From Trichoplax adhaerens (Eukaryota; Animalia; Placozoa): a DNA stretch of 64,000 nt. Where the stretch lies: contig NW_002060953.1 of assembly GCF_000150275.1 (NCBI RefSeq), positions 7,487-71,486 of the forward strand, in the 5' to 3' direction. Shown here one piece after another: positions 27,765-40,166 of the stretch. The notes under the pieces were generated by a model, which had not been told where the DNA came from, ran no database searches, and saw only the letters and a program-made list of their open reading frames with translations. The position numbers were made by a program, and so were the translations under genes. Every line of letters starts with the position of its first letter. Within the stretch, counting starts at the first letter, position 1.

Positions 27765-30700
27765 TACGTGCACTATAATCTGCAATTATAACATAGATAT
27801 ATAAATTGTAAGCTAGATGAATAATTTATTAGAATATATTACAATTAAAATTTAGATAGAGTTTTTAGGGAGATATTCTGCTAACACTTCGATATCTACG
27901 TCGACGACTATTTTAATTATATTCAGTAACGGAGCTTTACTGTCACGTTATTGTTAGATTATCAAAATGATCTCGAGAAAGTTTATCTATTCACTATAAA
28001 TTGCTTCTGGTAGATCGGATATTAATTAGCAGATTACGTATAATTTTAATACTAAAATTAACCTTAAATTTATCCTTTTAGGCTTAAATTTCTATTTCCT
28101 TTATTGAATTATAACTTAATTCTAAACTATACGTGCATATCTTTACTTTCAAAGAAAAAGAGCTAACCTTGTAGAACCTTTTCATTACTATCTTCAAATT
28201 AATTTTTATTGCATACAATCTGTCTTGAGACATCTAATAAAAGATTTTTTCAAACAGATTATCAATTTAAGAGAATTTTAGCTTAAGAGTTAATCTCCTA
28301 ACCATAAATGAACATATCTTTTCCATTAATATCTGATACTGTAATATGCTGGGTTTCTTCATAATTACCATACAATAGTTCATATAGATTTATTTGCCAT
28401 ACTTTGCTATCTGGCTTATATAGATAATCAGCAATTTCTAATACAGTAATTAGTAATCATGCATTACCGGTATCATGATGATTTCTTTTCTTAGAAAAGA
28501 AACTACACTACATATGCATAGTTATTAACACAACCAAATATGAGGTATATTAATAAATTAATTGTGAACAATTAAAATTCTTAATTAAATACATGAACCA
28601 GCAGGCCACCGGCTATTTATACTTGTATATTCGTACTATTAATTATTAGATATTTTAGGATATGTAAAAAAACCTAAGAACAGTAAGCATAGATAAATCA
28701 CCATTTTATCTGAAAGCAGAAATAAATACTTAGAAACGTAGGTTTCTTTAAGAGTTTACTTTTGATCTAATTTAGGAAATATACATTGTGAATTACTAAA
28801 CGGTTGGCGTATGTTATTCATGTAAAAACAATCGAGTATTATTGTCAAAACCATTCACATTTAATAGCTAGTTATAGTCTGCATAAAAGGCAAGAAATTC
28901 TTTAAAATAAAAGCAATTTCATGTTTTGAACGTTGATTACATCTAGCTGAGATTTTAAAGATATAACATCGGTTTTAGTCTGCCATTTTCATGCCTATAG
29001 CATATTTATGATCAATTGGGCAATAATAATTCGTTCGTGGTAAACGGTGTAGGTTCAATTGAGAATCATTTATTAATAAATTTATGAAGGTATTTATACA
29101 TTTGCTAAATTACTTTACTTGTGGTTTAGCTAAATGATTATCCATATAAGATGTAAGATCAGCTTAAAATGATAATTACATAATTAGAACATTAATCATT
29201 TTAAACTGTGATCCTATTAGCCTACGTTAATAGATGCTTCTTTAGAACTATACTTCCTNNNNNNNNNNNNNNNNNNNNNNNNNNNNNNNNNNNNNNNNNN
29301 NNNNNNNNTCTACTATATGATTAAAGAATGAAAAGGCGAATTCTGGAAAAGTATCATATATAAAGTTTGTACTGAAGAATTATTCTTTTTCGCAAATTTT
29401 TGAGCCCTTATTCATCAACCTTTATGATTTTTATTTTTTATAAGTTCAGTTTTTACTAAGATTTTATTTGTATTTAGATGGCTTAGCCAGCAATTTAAGT
29501 GGTATAATTCTTCAGCTCGATTAGAATATTCATAAGAATAACCTCAGTTTCAAATTTTCAGTTTATCCAGTTACAAACGGTAAAAGATGGAAAGATTTAT
29601 GCGGCAAAGCAAGAAATTACTATTGAATAAGATCATACGGGGAGAGTAATAAGCGACAGTGAAAGCTGTAGCACATCAACCTTGAAATTACTTTTTGTGA
29701 TAGGCATATGTCAAAAATAGATCTAGTTGAGTCAATCCTAAGACCTATCGTGCTTCAGAAATTGAACATAATGCATATGTTAATCCTCTAGCTGGGAAAA
29801 TCCTAGGATTGACCAACCAATTCTAGCAATTTTTTAAAATTGGTGTTGACTTACAATGCCTTTAAGGCTAGGTCGAGTTTATGGGCTAGTGATGAATGAT
29901 AAGGTTTGGCTAGCTTCAGTTTTAATAATGAAAGCATTGGATATGGTTGAGTCAGTCCTAGAAGTGACCATAACATATATTCATTTTATAATGCTTATAC
30001 GCCAGTAACGTATACTTCTACGTAATTTAGTAATAGTTTACTTTAACTTCACTGTAGTATAACTTCATATTTTTATGATCTAGAATTGATATTTAGGCTA
30101 TAGAATTCCTTTTATACTCTAATCCAATTGCACCGAAGAAATCTTCCAACATAGAAGTAAGCTATTTTTGTTATATTTTGCGTTTATATAAAAAGTATCC
30201 TCTTACTGTACTTTTCACACTAAAATAACTATCGTCTTGTATCTATCTCATTAGTTAATTCTCCTAGTTACCATGATAGGCTTGCACACATTCCCTATTA
30301 TACGTTACTAAAGCTATTTGACTAGTTCTCATAGTTCATAAATATATAGCCTTACACTGTTTCCTCCTCATACTAGCTACAATATAGAATGCGGTTCAAC
30401 TAAGTGCTTTTAATTTGATTTTTTGCGATTATGACCGAGCACAATCTAAAGAAAATCACAATGACATATAATAGCCTGTAAACTGTCTACGTTAAAATTC
30501 GCTATCGTTATAGATCTCACTACAAAAAATTTTCTTTAATCTCTCAACTATAAGTGAAATGTAGCAGTAATTAAATTTAGATTTAAATTAACATTCAATG
30601 TCTACCTTTTACAGGATTATGTTCTTAATAATTTTAATTGTTTCAAAAAGAGGTGCAAATAATTCATGTTTAACCGATATTACCTTGAATAATATTAAAT

Positions 30701-31728
30701 GTAAATATCTCGTTGTCATAATTTCTCTTATAAATTTTTCTTTATAACTTTGTAACCGATACTATTCTACTAGAATATTCATACTTCCCTTTTACTGATG
30801 GAGATCTACGGTAAGATACAACCGCATAAGTATAAAGCAGTTCTAGTAAAAATAGTAAAATAATTTTACTAGGCTAAATGAGGGTACCTCTCTGTACAAC
30901 AACTACTGTGGAACTGAACTGCCGAATTACAGTTTAGCTTTATATAGCTTTTGATACCATTAATTCCATTGGCAACTAACGGTTAACAAAATTAACGTAG
31001 TATCGCGGATATCACTCATGACACCCGTTGAAATCTATCTCTAAATCTAAGGAACGAAGTGGAAAATATATAATCATATTTTCTGATATTACTTAGATAG
31101 CAAACTTGATACTAACGATTACTATCGTCTCAAATATTTGAGGTAATAATTATAACTATTCAATTTATAGAAATAAGGCCTTCTTTAGGTATCACTGGCA
31201 TTATTTAATGGATAGATTTCTTATTTGTAACTTTATTATATTCAATTAAAGTGAATCAACTCATAGGAGAAATATACAATCCTTATTCTTGCGAGATGTG
31301 CTGATACTATTAATATAAACGTTTGCTTACTATCCAGTTCTGATAACTTATTGCCTGAAAACAGCATTCACTACTATGATTAGACGTAACAGTTTGAGAT
31401 TCATCAGTTCACGACTTTCACGATCAAAAATAAATCCTGATGATACTACTATTAATCTATATTCAAAACAGTCGTGAAAGTGATCTATTCGGTGCTTTAA
31501 ATAGGAACAAAAACTAATTATGTAGTCTAAAAAAATGAATATTACGATAATTTGCATGCAGGCTCTGCAAGTATTTGTAAGATCTGCTAATGAACAGTAA
31601 AATATGAGAAGCTAATTTAAATAGATTTCAATATCGCAGGCAATGTATTGTTACCCCTGACATATAACCTATAGATCTAGGCTTTCATAATCTCAATTTT
31701 CTGTTTTTGTGACTGCTTTAAATATACT

Positions 31729-32310
31729 TGTTACAAATCTCCTTTGTAACAAGAAACCGGGTCTTAAAGACTATCTTCACTATTACTTGTGTTCCCAACT
31801 AACTTAGGGACCTATCGTAGTTGAACTAACTTTCAGCTACACAAAAAAGCTACTATTGAGTAATAGGTTTAAATACTTTACTTTATTTTCGTTAACCTTA
31901 GTCGTAAAATGTACTAAAGAAAAACGTAAGAATATTCTTAGCAATAATAGTCAAAAGATCCAGCAAATGACTAACTGGAACTGAGAAGCTAAGCTAGTGC
32001 TCCGCTTTTTATAGTCTCGCCGATGGTACACTTGTGAATATTCTTGAAATGGCGGCTTACACTGTACAGTATACATATCCTAGTGTAGCAACTAGAGCCT
32101 CAAGGCTCTGCAAAGTAATTGATCTTACACTTAAAGTGTTATTAATTAACGTTTACAGACTAAGCGTGTTAGCTCCGACACGTCAACAATATTGAACAAG
32201 TACTTATTAATAAACATTAATATCTAATAAGCTACTGGAGCAAACAATAATTTAAATGAGATATCTTAATTAACATAGCAATTAATATTTCGGAGCATGG
32301 CTCCGTAACA
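31729..32310 (-). mobile_element. Solo LTR family B (582 bp), 5-bp TSD ATACT
   Basis: TGTTAC...GTAACA; ATACT at 31724-31728 and 32311-32315; reverse complement of 8135-8733. Confidence 0.93.
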
Positions 32311-33823
32311 ATACTAGACACATCTAACAATGATTCCACGAACTGTTCCTAACCATGTTCCTAACACTTCCTTTAATTGGCTGATAAGAAATCTGAATAA
32401 ATTGCTTTTGTTATAAATGTATTAATATTGTTATTGTATCCCACATTAGTTTATTGTAGTGTAATAGCTTATCGGAGGTATTCTATTGAATGGCAATAGA
32501 TTGCTTCTATTATACGTGAGCTAAAAATACTTACACTGCTGAATAGTTTTGGAAAAATAGCCTGAATTCTATTTTCTTCAATCCTTTATTTGCCATCGTA
32601 CTGCTCGTATTATCAGAATTAATAAAATTATAGAAGTGAGACAGCTGCATATTCTCACATGCTAACTTCATAACAAGATAAGTAAAAAGCCTGATCTACA
32701 AATCTTGTACAAAACTATGTACCTGAGATCTAAATTTGTTCAAGGAATTCTTGCGGCGCCTTTATTCCTAATTCTACAGATTTAAAATACAACAATTTTT
32801 ACGTTACACCTTTTCCTTCTTGTCAACACTTCGCTATAGAATCAACTTTATTATACAATATGCAGGATTTTATACATTTCTAATATGTACTTGTAATTAG
32901 TATTATTAGCGCCAGTAAATTAAACAGTAAAATTGCATCTAAAGCCTTTAATTATAAATACAGCGAAAATTTAAAGATATCGATATTCTATGACTTAGGT
33001 AAGATAGTCAGAATAATAAGCATTCATTCATGAAATCATTCGTATCATAAGAGATAATTATTAATTAACTGTGAATTAGTCCCAACCACATATTAATTTT
33101 CAGCACCGAAATAAGCCGAAAATATCTTATTATAGAATTCGGAGTGTCGATATTATTGACTATTTCGTAACTTGAATAAAGCTATTTCCCTAAATAATAC
33201 TAACCCCTGCATGCCGAAATGACACTTTTAATGCATGTTTATCGCTATCAGTAATGTTAACATGTACTACGCAGGCAATAAATGGTAGATACCCTGTCTC
33301 TGTTGGATATTCAATAGATGATGATAAATTAAACTAGGAATTTTAGTCCTACGTCACGATGAACCTTCTAGGGGATTATACGTCAAAATTTTACAACTGC
33401 AACTTAAGTCAATTTTCAGGAAACGTGATAAAAGTTTGTTAGTCTATGTTCACATATCTGAAGTAGTAACTTTCTTAAGAATTCACGAAGTTACTATGGC
33501 ATGAAGTCATATTATGATTTTTAAGCTGAACCAAATTATGTCACTTCATTATAGATATCTTAATACTACTATAATTGTCACTTTAATCAATGAATGAGGT
33601 AGCAATCATGACTAAAGCATTATTTAAAACATATCCTAAATAATAATTAATGCATCTTTATATAAAGTTAGTGAACAATAACCAAAGTTTTCATTCTAAA
33701 AAGTTTAAAATTTGCTAATCTTGAAATTTGATTCAGCGATCTATATGGATATATACTGTATGTTATACATAGTTTTATTGATGATTATAATAAGGAAGAA
33801 ATTTTCAATTACTTGTATGATAG

Positions 33824-34262
33824 TGTCACGGCACGAACTACCGTGAAGAAATAGCTATCCAAATTTGCTTAATATAATATAGTGATAATATATTACAACT
33901 AGTTACTTACAATAGGAATTACTTTAATATAAATGTGTTACAGTAAATTTAATGCTATGCTGTAATGTGCACTGGAATGATTCTGTGAATGGACATATTG
34001 AAGTCCGACTGTGAAAAATTAGTTAGTAGATGTTCTCCTAAGTATTTTTATAAGATGACTCGTGAATATTAGCTGCTGTAGAAGAGTATATAAGCCCGTC
34101 ATATAGTTAAATAAAGTAGTTCTTAATTGTCTAGTTGAGTTTAACGTAGAATCAAAGCGGTCTAAATTCTTGTGAGGTAGTTAAGGGATACTGAATCCCG
34201 GAGACTATAGTAATTTAGAGATTTGTTTTATGTTATCCTTGTCACGAAGCTGGTTTGTAACA
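33824..34262 (+). mobile_element. Solo LTR family F (439 bp), 5-bp TSD GATAG
   Basis: TGTCAC...GTAACA; GATAG at 33819-33823 and 34263-34267; TATATAA ~34087, AATAAA ~34110. Confidence 0.9.
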
Positions 34263-34384
34263 GATAGCCTCAACAAAACATCAATTACCGTACTCATAGT
34301 ATATAGAACTTTATAACGAAATCAATTGCAGATACAACGAAAATTACCAATTAAAATATTAATGAAAACTGCATTGCAGCAATG

Positions 34385-36441
34385 TGTAATGAAATGAAAA
34401 GTGTAGAGATCAAGCTACAAAACTTTAACAAACTTTGATTCTACTTTCGTTGAACTCCGGCCGACTTAACGCTAATACTTTGACACCAAATAAAATTTGG
34501 TGAAATAACCGAACAATAATTTATTACAAAACAAAAATGGAGAGAAGTATAAACCGAACAACCTTACAAATACTTAGCTTTAAGTATTATTAAAATAAAT
34601 GACAGACTTATAATAAACTGTCAGCGACCAAACAATCTTTCAAAAAGAAGAACGTTTTAACTTACGACAATTCGATCCCGAAGGCTTTTTAAATTCAACA
34701 AGTTCTTCAAATAAAATCTTCTTCTACTCTCTCTCTAAATTTTCTAATTGCACTATCATTTATAGACTTCTGTTACGGTTTAAGATATTATGTGATAATG
34801 TTATTGAAGAAGAAATAGACGGTTACGATTAGATAATCATAAATATTATGATCTGTTAATATTGTGAGGTTCAATCGTTAATGGACTTCCATTAACGAAT
34901 GTGTAGAAGTAAGGTACTTAATATGCCAATGACGTGTAATAACCAAAATGGCGGTTGTCACACTTGTAGGGAATCTGTTAGATCTTAAATTGTTAATTGG
35001 CGCTATAATATTATTAGCGCATAATAATATCAATTATTACATATTTGTTCGATAGTAATTAATAGAATTACAAAGTTATAGAAAAGACTAAGTTATGTAT
35101 AAGAATAATTAACAGGTGGAAAAGGTGTAGATTTGATACAAGTATATAAGAGGTTGTAATTTACCTCGCTAGGGAGGAGGAAAATACGGAGACCTAATAA
35201 AGTTAGTTTAGTAAATTTATCCAGACGCTTCTAGTCCGCCTTTACTGTTGACTGAGGTCCTTCGCTGAAGTGGAGCGAGTAGTGACGCCTGGTGGCAGTT
35301 TTACTGTAGGACAGAGGAGAGTAGGATAAGTGTGGAACGGGAATCCGATTGTTGCAAACTACGTTGTGACAACTTCGTAGAGCCGTCAGAGGTATTTAAA
35401 ACTAAACATTTGCTAACTTATCGCTCTTAAGATCCGTTTTAGAAAACTACTATGCACCATTTAAGAAAACAAAAATCACTCAAAGTTCAGACACAACTTA
35501 CCCTATATTTCCCTTACAAAACACTATAAAACCAACAAGTTAACTATGAAAATACATCAAACTTCACTTCTAACTTAATTTCTATCATTAATACACTATA
35601 AAAGTCTAAAAATCAACCTTTAAACATCAAGAAATTATCTCGCATTTAGTCATAAAAACAACAGTCTACTACTTAACAATCAACACAACCTCTGCCAATT
35701 TACATCTTATTTATTTTCTATTTTCCTCACTAAATCTAAATTCTCCTAATGTGACTTCAAGTCACGTCATAAAATTCCAAAGTTTCAAATTCACAACAAA
35801 AAGTCCAAATTTCAAAAATCAACTCCTACGATATTTTTCATGAACAAAAATCCAAAAACTTAAAACAGAAAAATTATATCAGACATAAATTAAAACAGGA
35901 AAATTATATCGGACATAAATCCGACTGGTTCTGGAATCCGAATCCGAAAAATCCGGATTTTATAAAGATTGCAGTAATCGCTATCTCGCTAATCAGAATC
36001 TAATCAAAATATTTTATATGACTATCACGACTACTTTTCTGACATTAGTATCGCTAAATATTCGCGAGTATTGACAGTTGATGTTTTAGCGTCAGATTGT
36101 ACTGTAACTGTACGATTATAGACTACATTACAGTACTTTGTCGTCATGTTATAAATCCCCTTTCTGTAAGGATAGGGTTTTGCTAATAAGTCAAATTCCG
36201 TTACAAGTTGAATAGATGATCAAACGCCCTTTCTTTACATTAGGCAATTGCTCTAGGGCTACTTCTATAGTAATCTATATATAATACCTTGTAAAATAAT
36301 GAAGAAGAAAAGATGGCGACATGATGATTTGGCAGGGTAAAACTTAAAGACACTATTATTTTCTAGGTATTTTCTATAGTAAAATAATATTAGTTACATA
36401 CTAAAAGCTATAAAGGACTTTACTTTTAGTCCTTTACTACA
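34385..36441 (+). mobile_element. Long LTR-like element family D (~1.45 kb net of nested E), 4-bp TSD AATG
   Basis: TGTA...TACA; AATG at 34381-34384 and 36442-36445; inverted copy at 61084-62441 has the same boundaries; TATATATAA ~36276 followed by AAGATGGCG. Confidence 0.85.
34771..35371 (+). mobile_element. Solo LTR family E (601 bp) nested in D, 5-bp TSD ACTTC
   Basis: TGTTAC...GTGACA; ACTTC at 34766-34770 and 35372-35376; the site is empty in the D copy at ~62065; TATATAA ~35143, AATAAA ~35196. Confidence 0.93.
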
Positions 36442-37249
36442 AATGTTTGACGGATTCATGGAAATTTAATCGAGTTGGTCAATTTTAAGTTTGCAAAGTT
36501 GCAATGACTTAGGAATAACGTCACATGCTCGAATTGTGTATAGAAATTTGATTGATATTCAATTTCATTTTTCACTGTTGATATAGTAAAGAAGACTGAA
36601 ATTTATTAAATAAAATGTACGATTTCTACTTTTATTTAATTTCCTATTTCGAAGTCATACCACTTTATTTGACGTTAAACCAATCGAAAGATATAAAATA
36701 GACAAATTTAATAATTACGACAATATCAGTAATGTTTGATACTATGGCAATTCTACCAGAGATAATAGCCAAACTATAATCAATATTTAATCAAAAGTGT
36801 TATCTATATTAATTTTTTCCAATAATAACAGACCTACGAATTAAACAAAGGAGATTGAATTTAATTTCAGCAGTAGAATTAATTCTGACTTATTATTAGA
36901 AATTACAATAAACATCAGCATATCGATTGTATTTGTGTATTATCCGTTTTTATTGCGACAAGCAACAATTAAAATATTTTCGCCACTTTGCTACTGAATA
37001 CAAAAAAAATGGAAGATGAATAGAGCAAATTGAACTTATTTAATAGGTCATAGTCTTCACTTGAATATTTTCTGAATAGTTATTAAAAATTTGCTTACTT
37101 TCAGTAGCTGTTTTAGTATCTTTCCGTCTCTGGCGAAAGGACTTAATATTTAACGTAAAAAAGAACATTATGGACGTCTTGAAAGAAGTACATACAGAAA
37201 TTTTTATCAATGTTCATACAACTGTCTTTCCTTCTAATTTTTGAATATC

Positions 37250-38338
37250 ATGGCCAGTGGTCACGACTTGAATCTGTTATTGTTATCAAATGCAACAACA
37301 AATCTTTCTAAAGTAGAAATACCAAGTTCCGTGGAATTACCTATTTTATTTACTATCATGATTGTCGCAATAATTGCCAACAGTTTCAATTTATGGGTAA
37401 TTTATCGTTCGCCGTCTTTGCAAACATGCAGTAATGTTTATTTAATCGCAATAGCTGTAACGGATTTTTTAACTGGCTTAATTGTACTGCCGTTCGTAAT
37501 TGCAGTTGTTTTTACGAGTTATAACCAAATAATTTGTCAAATTCAAGGTTTTTTAATCAGTATCTTTAATGGTGCTTCATTCTCTCTTACTGTAGCCGTT
37601 AGTATAGAACGTTGCCATGCTGTTATAGATCCATTTAAATACATAAGACGAGCTACTCGCCGAAAATATGTCACTGTTATCACAATATGTTATTGTTATT
37701 CGCTTGCGTTAGGTGTATTTCCTCTTTTAGGTTTAGAAAAATACGGCTTTGGCCGTTATCGTTTAATATCGACATGTTGGTTATCATTTAAAGTAGATCG
37801 ATCTAATCGCTTCATTAATCCGGTCTACGCTATCGGTATATCATGTTCTGTTGTAGTAATCGTAAGCTGCTACATTGTCTTATTTTTAATCGCCTATACT
37901 AAATCAAACTCTGAAGCGGCTAATCATCGAAGTTTGAAAACTTCACTACGAACAATCGTATTAATAGTTGGTACAAATGTTATTTGCTGGCTACCATTTA
38001 CCATTTTAATGATGAGTGGAGTGGTTGCTTACTGGAAATATACAAGCAATCGAGAAGTAAGTACTGGTCAGGCTCAAATTATATTGATACTGTCGTATTT
38101 GAATGTCAGCATTAATCCAATCATATATCTTTCTACAAACTCTACTTTACGTAGAAATTTTCGTATGGCATTCTGTCGATGTTTTAATACAGCTAAAATT
38201 GTTCCAATCCAACGTATTCGAAATTCGCAACGGACTGATTTTAACTGCCGCATAGACAGTAATTTCCAGCGTAATGAAATATCGCTAACCACAATTCCTT
38301 ACAGACCATCGCCACGCTTTATATCGAGTATTGCATAA
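37250..38338 (+). CDS. Intronless class A orphan GPCR, 362 aa
   Basis: TDFLTGLIVLP, CQIQG, SIERC, GLEKYGFGRY..TCWL, IVGTNVICWLP, NPIIY; first ATG at 37250. Confidence 0.95.
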   Translation: MASGHDLNLLLLSNATTNLSKVEIPSSVELPILFTIMIVAIIANSFNLWVIYRSPSLQTCSNVYLIAIAVTDFLTGLIVLPFVIAVVFTSYNQIICQIQGFLISIFNGASFSLTVAVSIERCHAVIDPFKYIRRATRRKYVTVITICYCYSLALGVFPLLGLEKYGFGRYRLISTCWLSFKVDRSNRFINPVYAIGISCSVVVIVSCYIVLFLIAYTKSNSEAANHRSLKTSLRTIVLIVGTNVICWLPFTILMMSGVVAYWKYTSNREVSTGQAQIILILSYLNVSINPIIYLSTNSTLRRNFRMAFCRCFNTAKIVPIQRIRNSQRTDFNCRIDSNFQRNEISLTTIPYRPSPRFISSIA

Positions 38339-39187
38339 CAATAAAGACTTTAATTATTACTTACATGTCACTTATAAAGAATGTTATCCAGTTAAAAGAA
38401 AATAAATCTAAACAGATGTCATTCTAATCATGCATTTATCGCTTTATTTCTCGTAAGACTTATAAAATATAAAAATTTGAGCATGACATAGCCGTTAAAT
38501 GTACATTGCTTTAGTTGTTGATATTACTCATTGCGAACTTATTCTTAACAGTTTAATAATAGAATTCCGTTAAATTGATAATGCATAGGCAAGAAATAAA
38601 TGAAACTGTATTTCAATATCTATTTAACCTAACAATCAAGAGAGTTTGCTAAATTTTATATCAGTATTGCACTTGTAGCGGTAAGGCTATTGATATGTTG
38701 GTAAATTATCAATTGCTATCATGAATTAAAGTTAACAAAACTAATTATGAGTATTACATGAGTACCATAGTTTAAAATATGATCTGCATTTTGGTTTACA
38801 TAAAAAGCAGTACAGGGTAAATGATACAAAGCACTATAAAATCTACGGCAAAGAATACAGTTTTTGGTATATTGCAGTATCCAATCGGCGAAATGTTTTG
38901 ATATTGCTGTAACAGTTTATATTTATCTACAGAAGAAATATCGGTCTATAGAACTATGACACCTTAAGTTATTTTACTTATTTTAACCCCGAACTATCCT
39001 TTGCTGTTTTAAATGGTGTAAGAAATTATCTGAAATAAATTCATTTTCAGTTCAAATTATCATAATAATACATCTAAATGCATCTCTTTTCAAAGTGAAA
39101 TTTCTAAATTTTTCATTTTTTTATTTTACTATCAATGCTTCCAAAATTTTATAAGCATCGTTTTTAAAGAGGTAACTACGCTGCTGT

Positions 39188-39737
39188 TGATTAAATATAT
39201 TATAGCTACAGAAAATGCATATAAAATATCTGAACTATAACCGAGATATAAGCCATGTGTTCAGGGAGCATGCGAATAGGGTTCAAAATACTCGTAGCTT
39301 ATATTTAATAAATTCAGTCCCTCGAAATCGAAAAATAAGGTATCAATGAAAGGGATAACTTATTCAACACATGCAGTTTTGTCTACTGTATGGACTAAAC
39401 ATTGAAAATAGCTATAATATTTTTCTTGTTAGCTTATAACATTAAAAATGTCTGTTCCTAGTCAATTCAAAACATATCTAATGTTTGCAGCGCACATATC
39501 ATGGTACAAACCACCGCGAAGAGTAAATGACTAAATTTAGTGGTTAACATTTACTGTATATATGGAGATAACTAATAACTACTTATAGTAAGAATTAACG
39601 TGAGTAATCTATCATCTAAGACTCGAATCTAAGTTTGGTTGATTAAAGAGTGCTTAGAGTTAGTTGCTTAGATAGTTAAGTCTACTTTAGAGGAAAGAAT
39701 CCCGTTTAATTCTTGTGTTACAATCTCGGTTGTGACA
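39188..39737 (+). mobile_element. Possible solo LTR (550 bp), candidate TSD GCTGT
   Basis: 3' hairpin end TGTTACAATCTCGGTTGTGACA; GCTGT at 39183-39187 and 39738-39742, but the start is TGA rather than TGT. Confidence 0.4.
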
Positions 39738-39806
39738 GCTGTACAATACTAAGAGTCCTTATACAGTAACTAATATTAATTGATGTTAGTGTTGTCTTGT
39801 AACGCT

Positions 39807-40166
39807 TGTGACGAATGTCCTACAGATATTCAATTCTAGATAATCCTATAAATAATTCTGTGTATGGACGTACCGTAAACTAATTATCTAGAATCGTTCA
39901 GTAAATATCTAAGATTATGAATAATTTCTATATTAATTTAGCTATGCAATATGAACTAAATTTCATAAACTGCCAAGACTCCTACATGATAGCTGCTGCC
40001 GAAGGATATTTAAGCTCGGCAGATGGTTGAATAAAAGAAGAGTTCTACAAATTTTTAACGTAGATACAAAGTCATCTAAATTCTTGTTAGATAGTAAAGG
40101 GATACTGAACCCATGAGACTATAGTAATTTAGAGATTTGTCTTACGTTATCTTTGTCACGAAGCTG
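39807..40166 (+). mobile_element. Family-F-related LTR, 3' terminus lost
   Basis: 40053-40166 closely matches 34140-34252 (AGGGATACTGAA..GAGACTATAGTAATTTAGAGATTTGT..GTCACGAAGCTG); 5' limit uncertain. Confidence 0.6.

Noticed and set aside
30751-31023. TGTAAC...ATGACA candidate LTR
   Set aside because: No TSD, no terminal hairpin, no second copy in the window.
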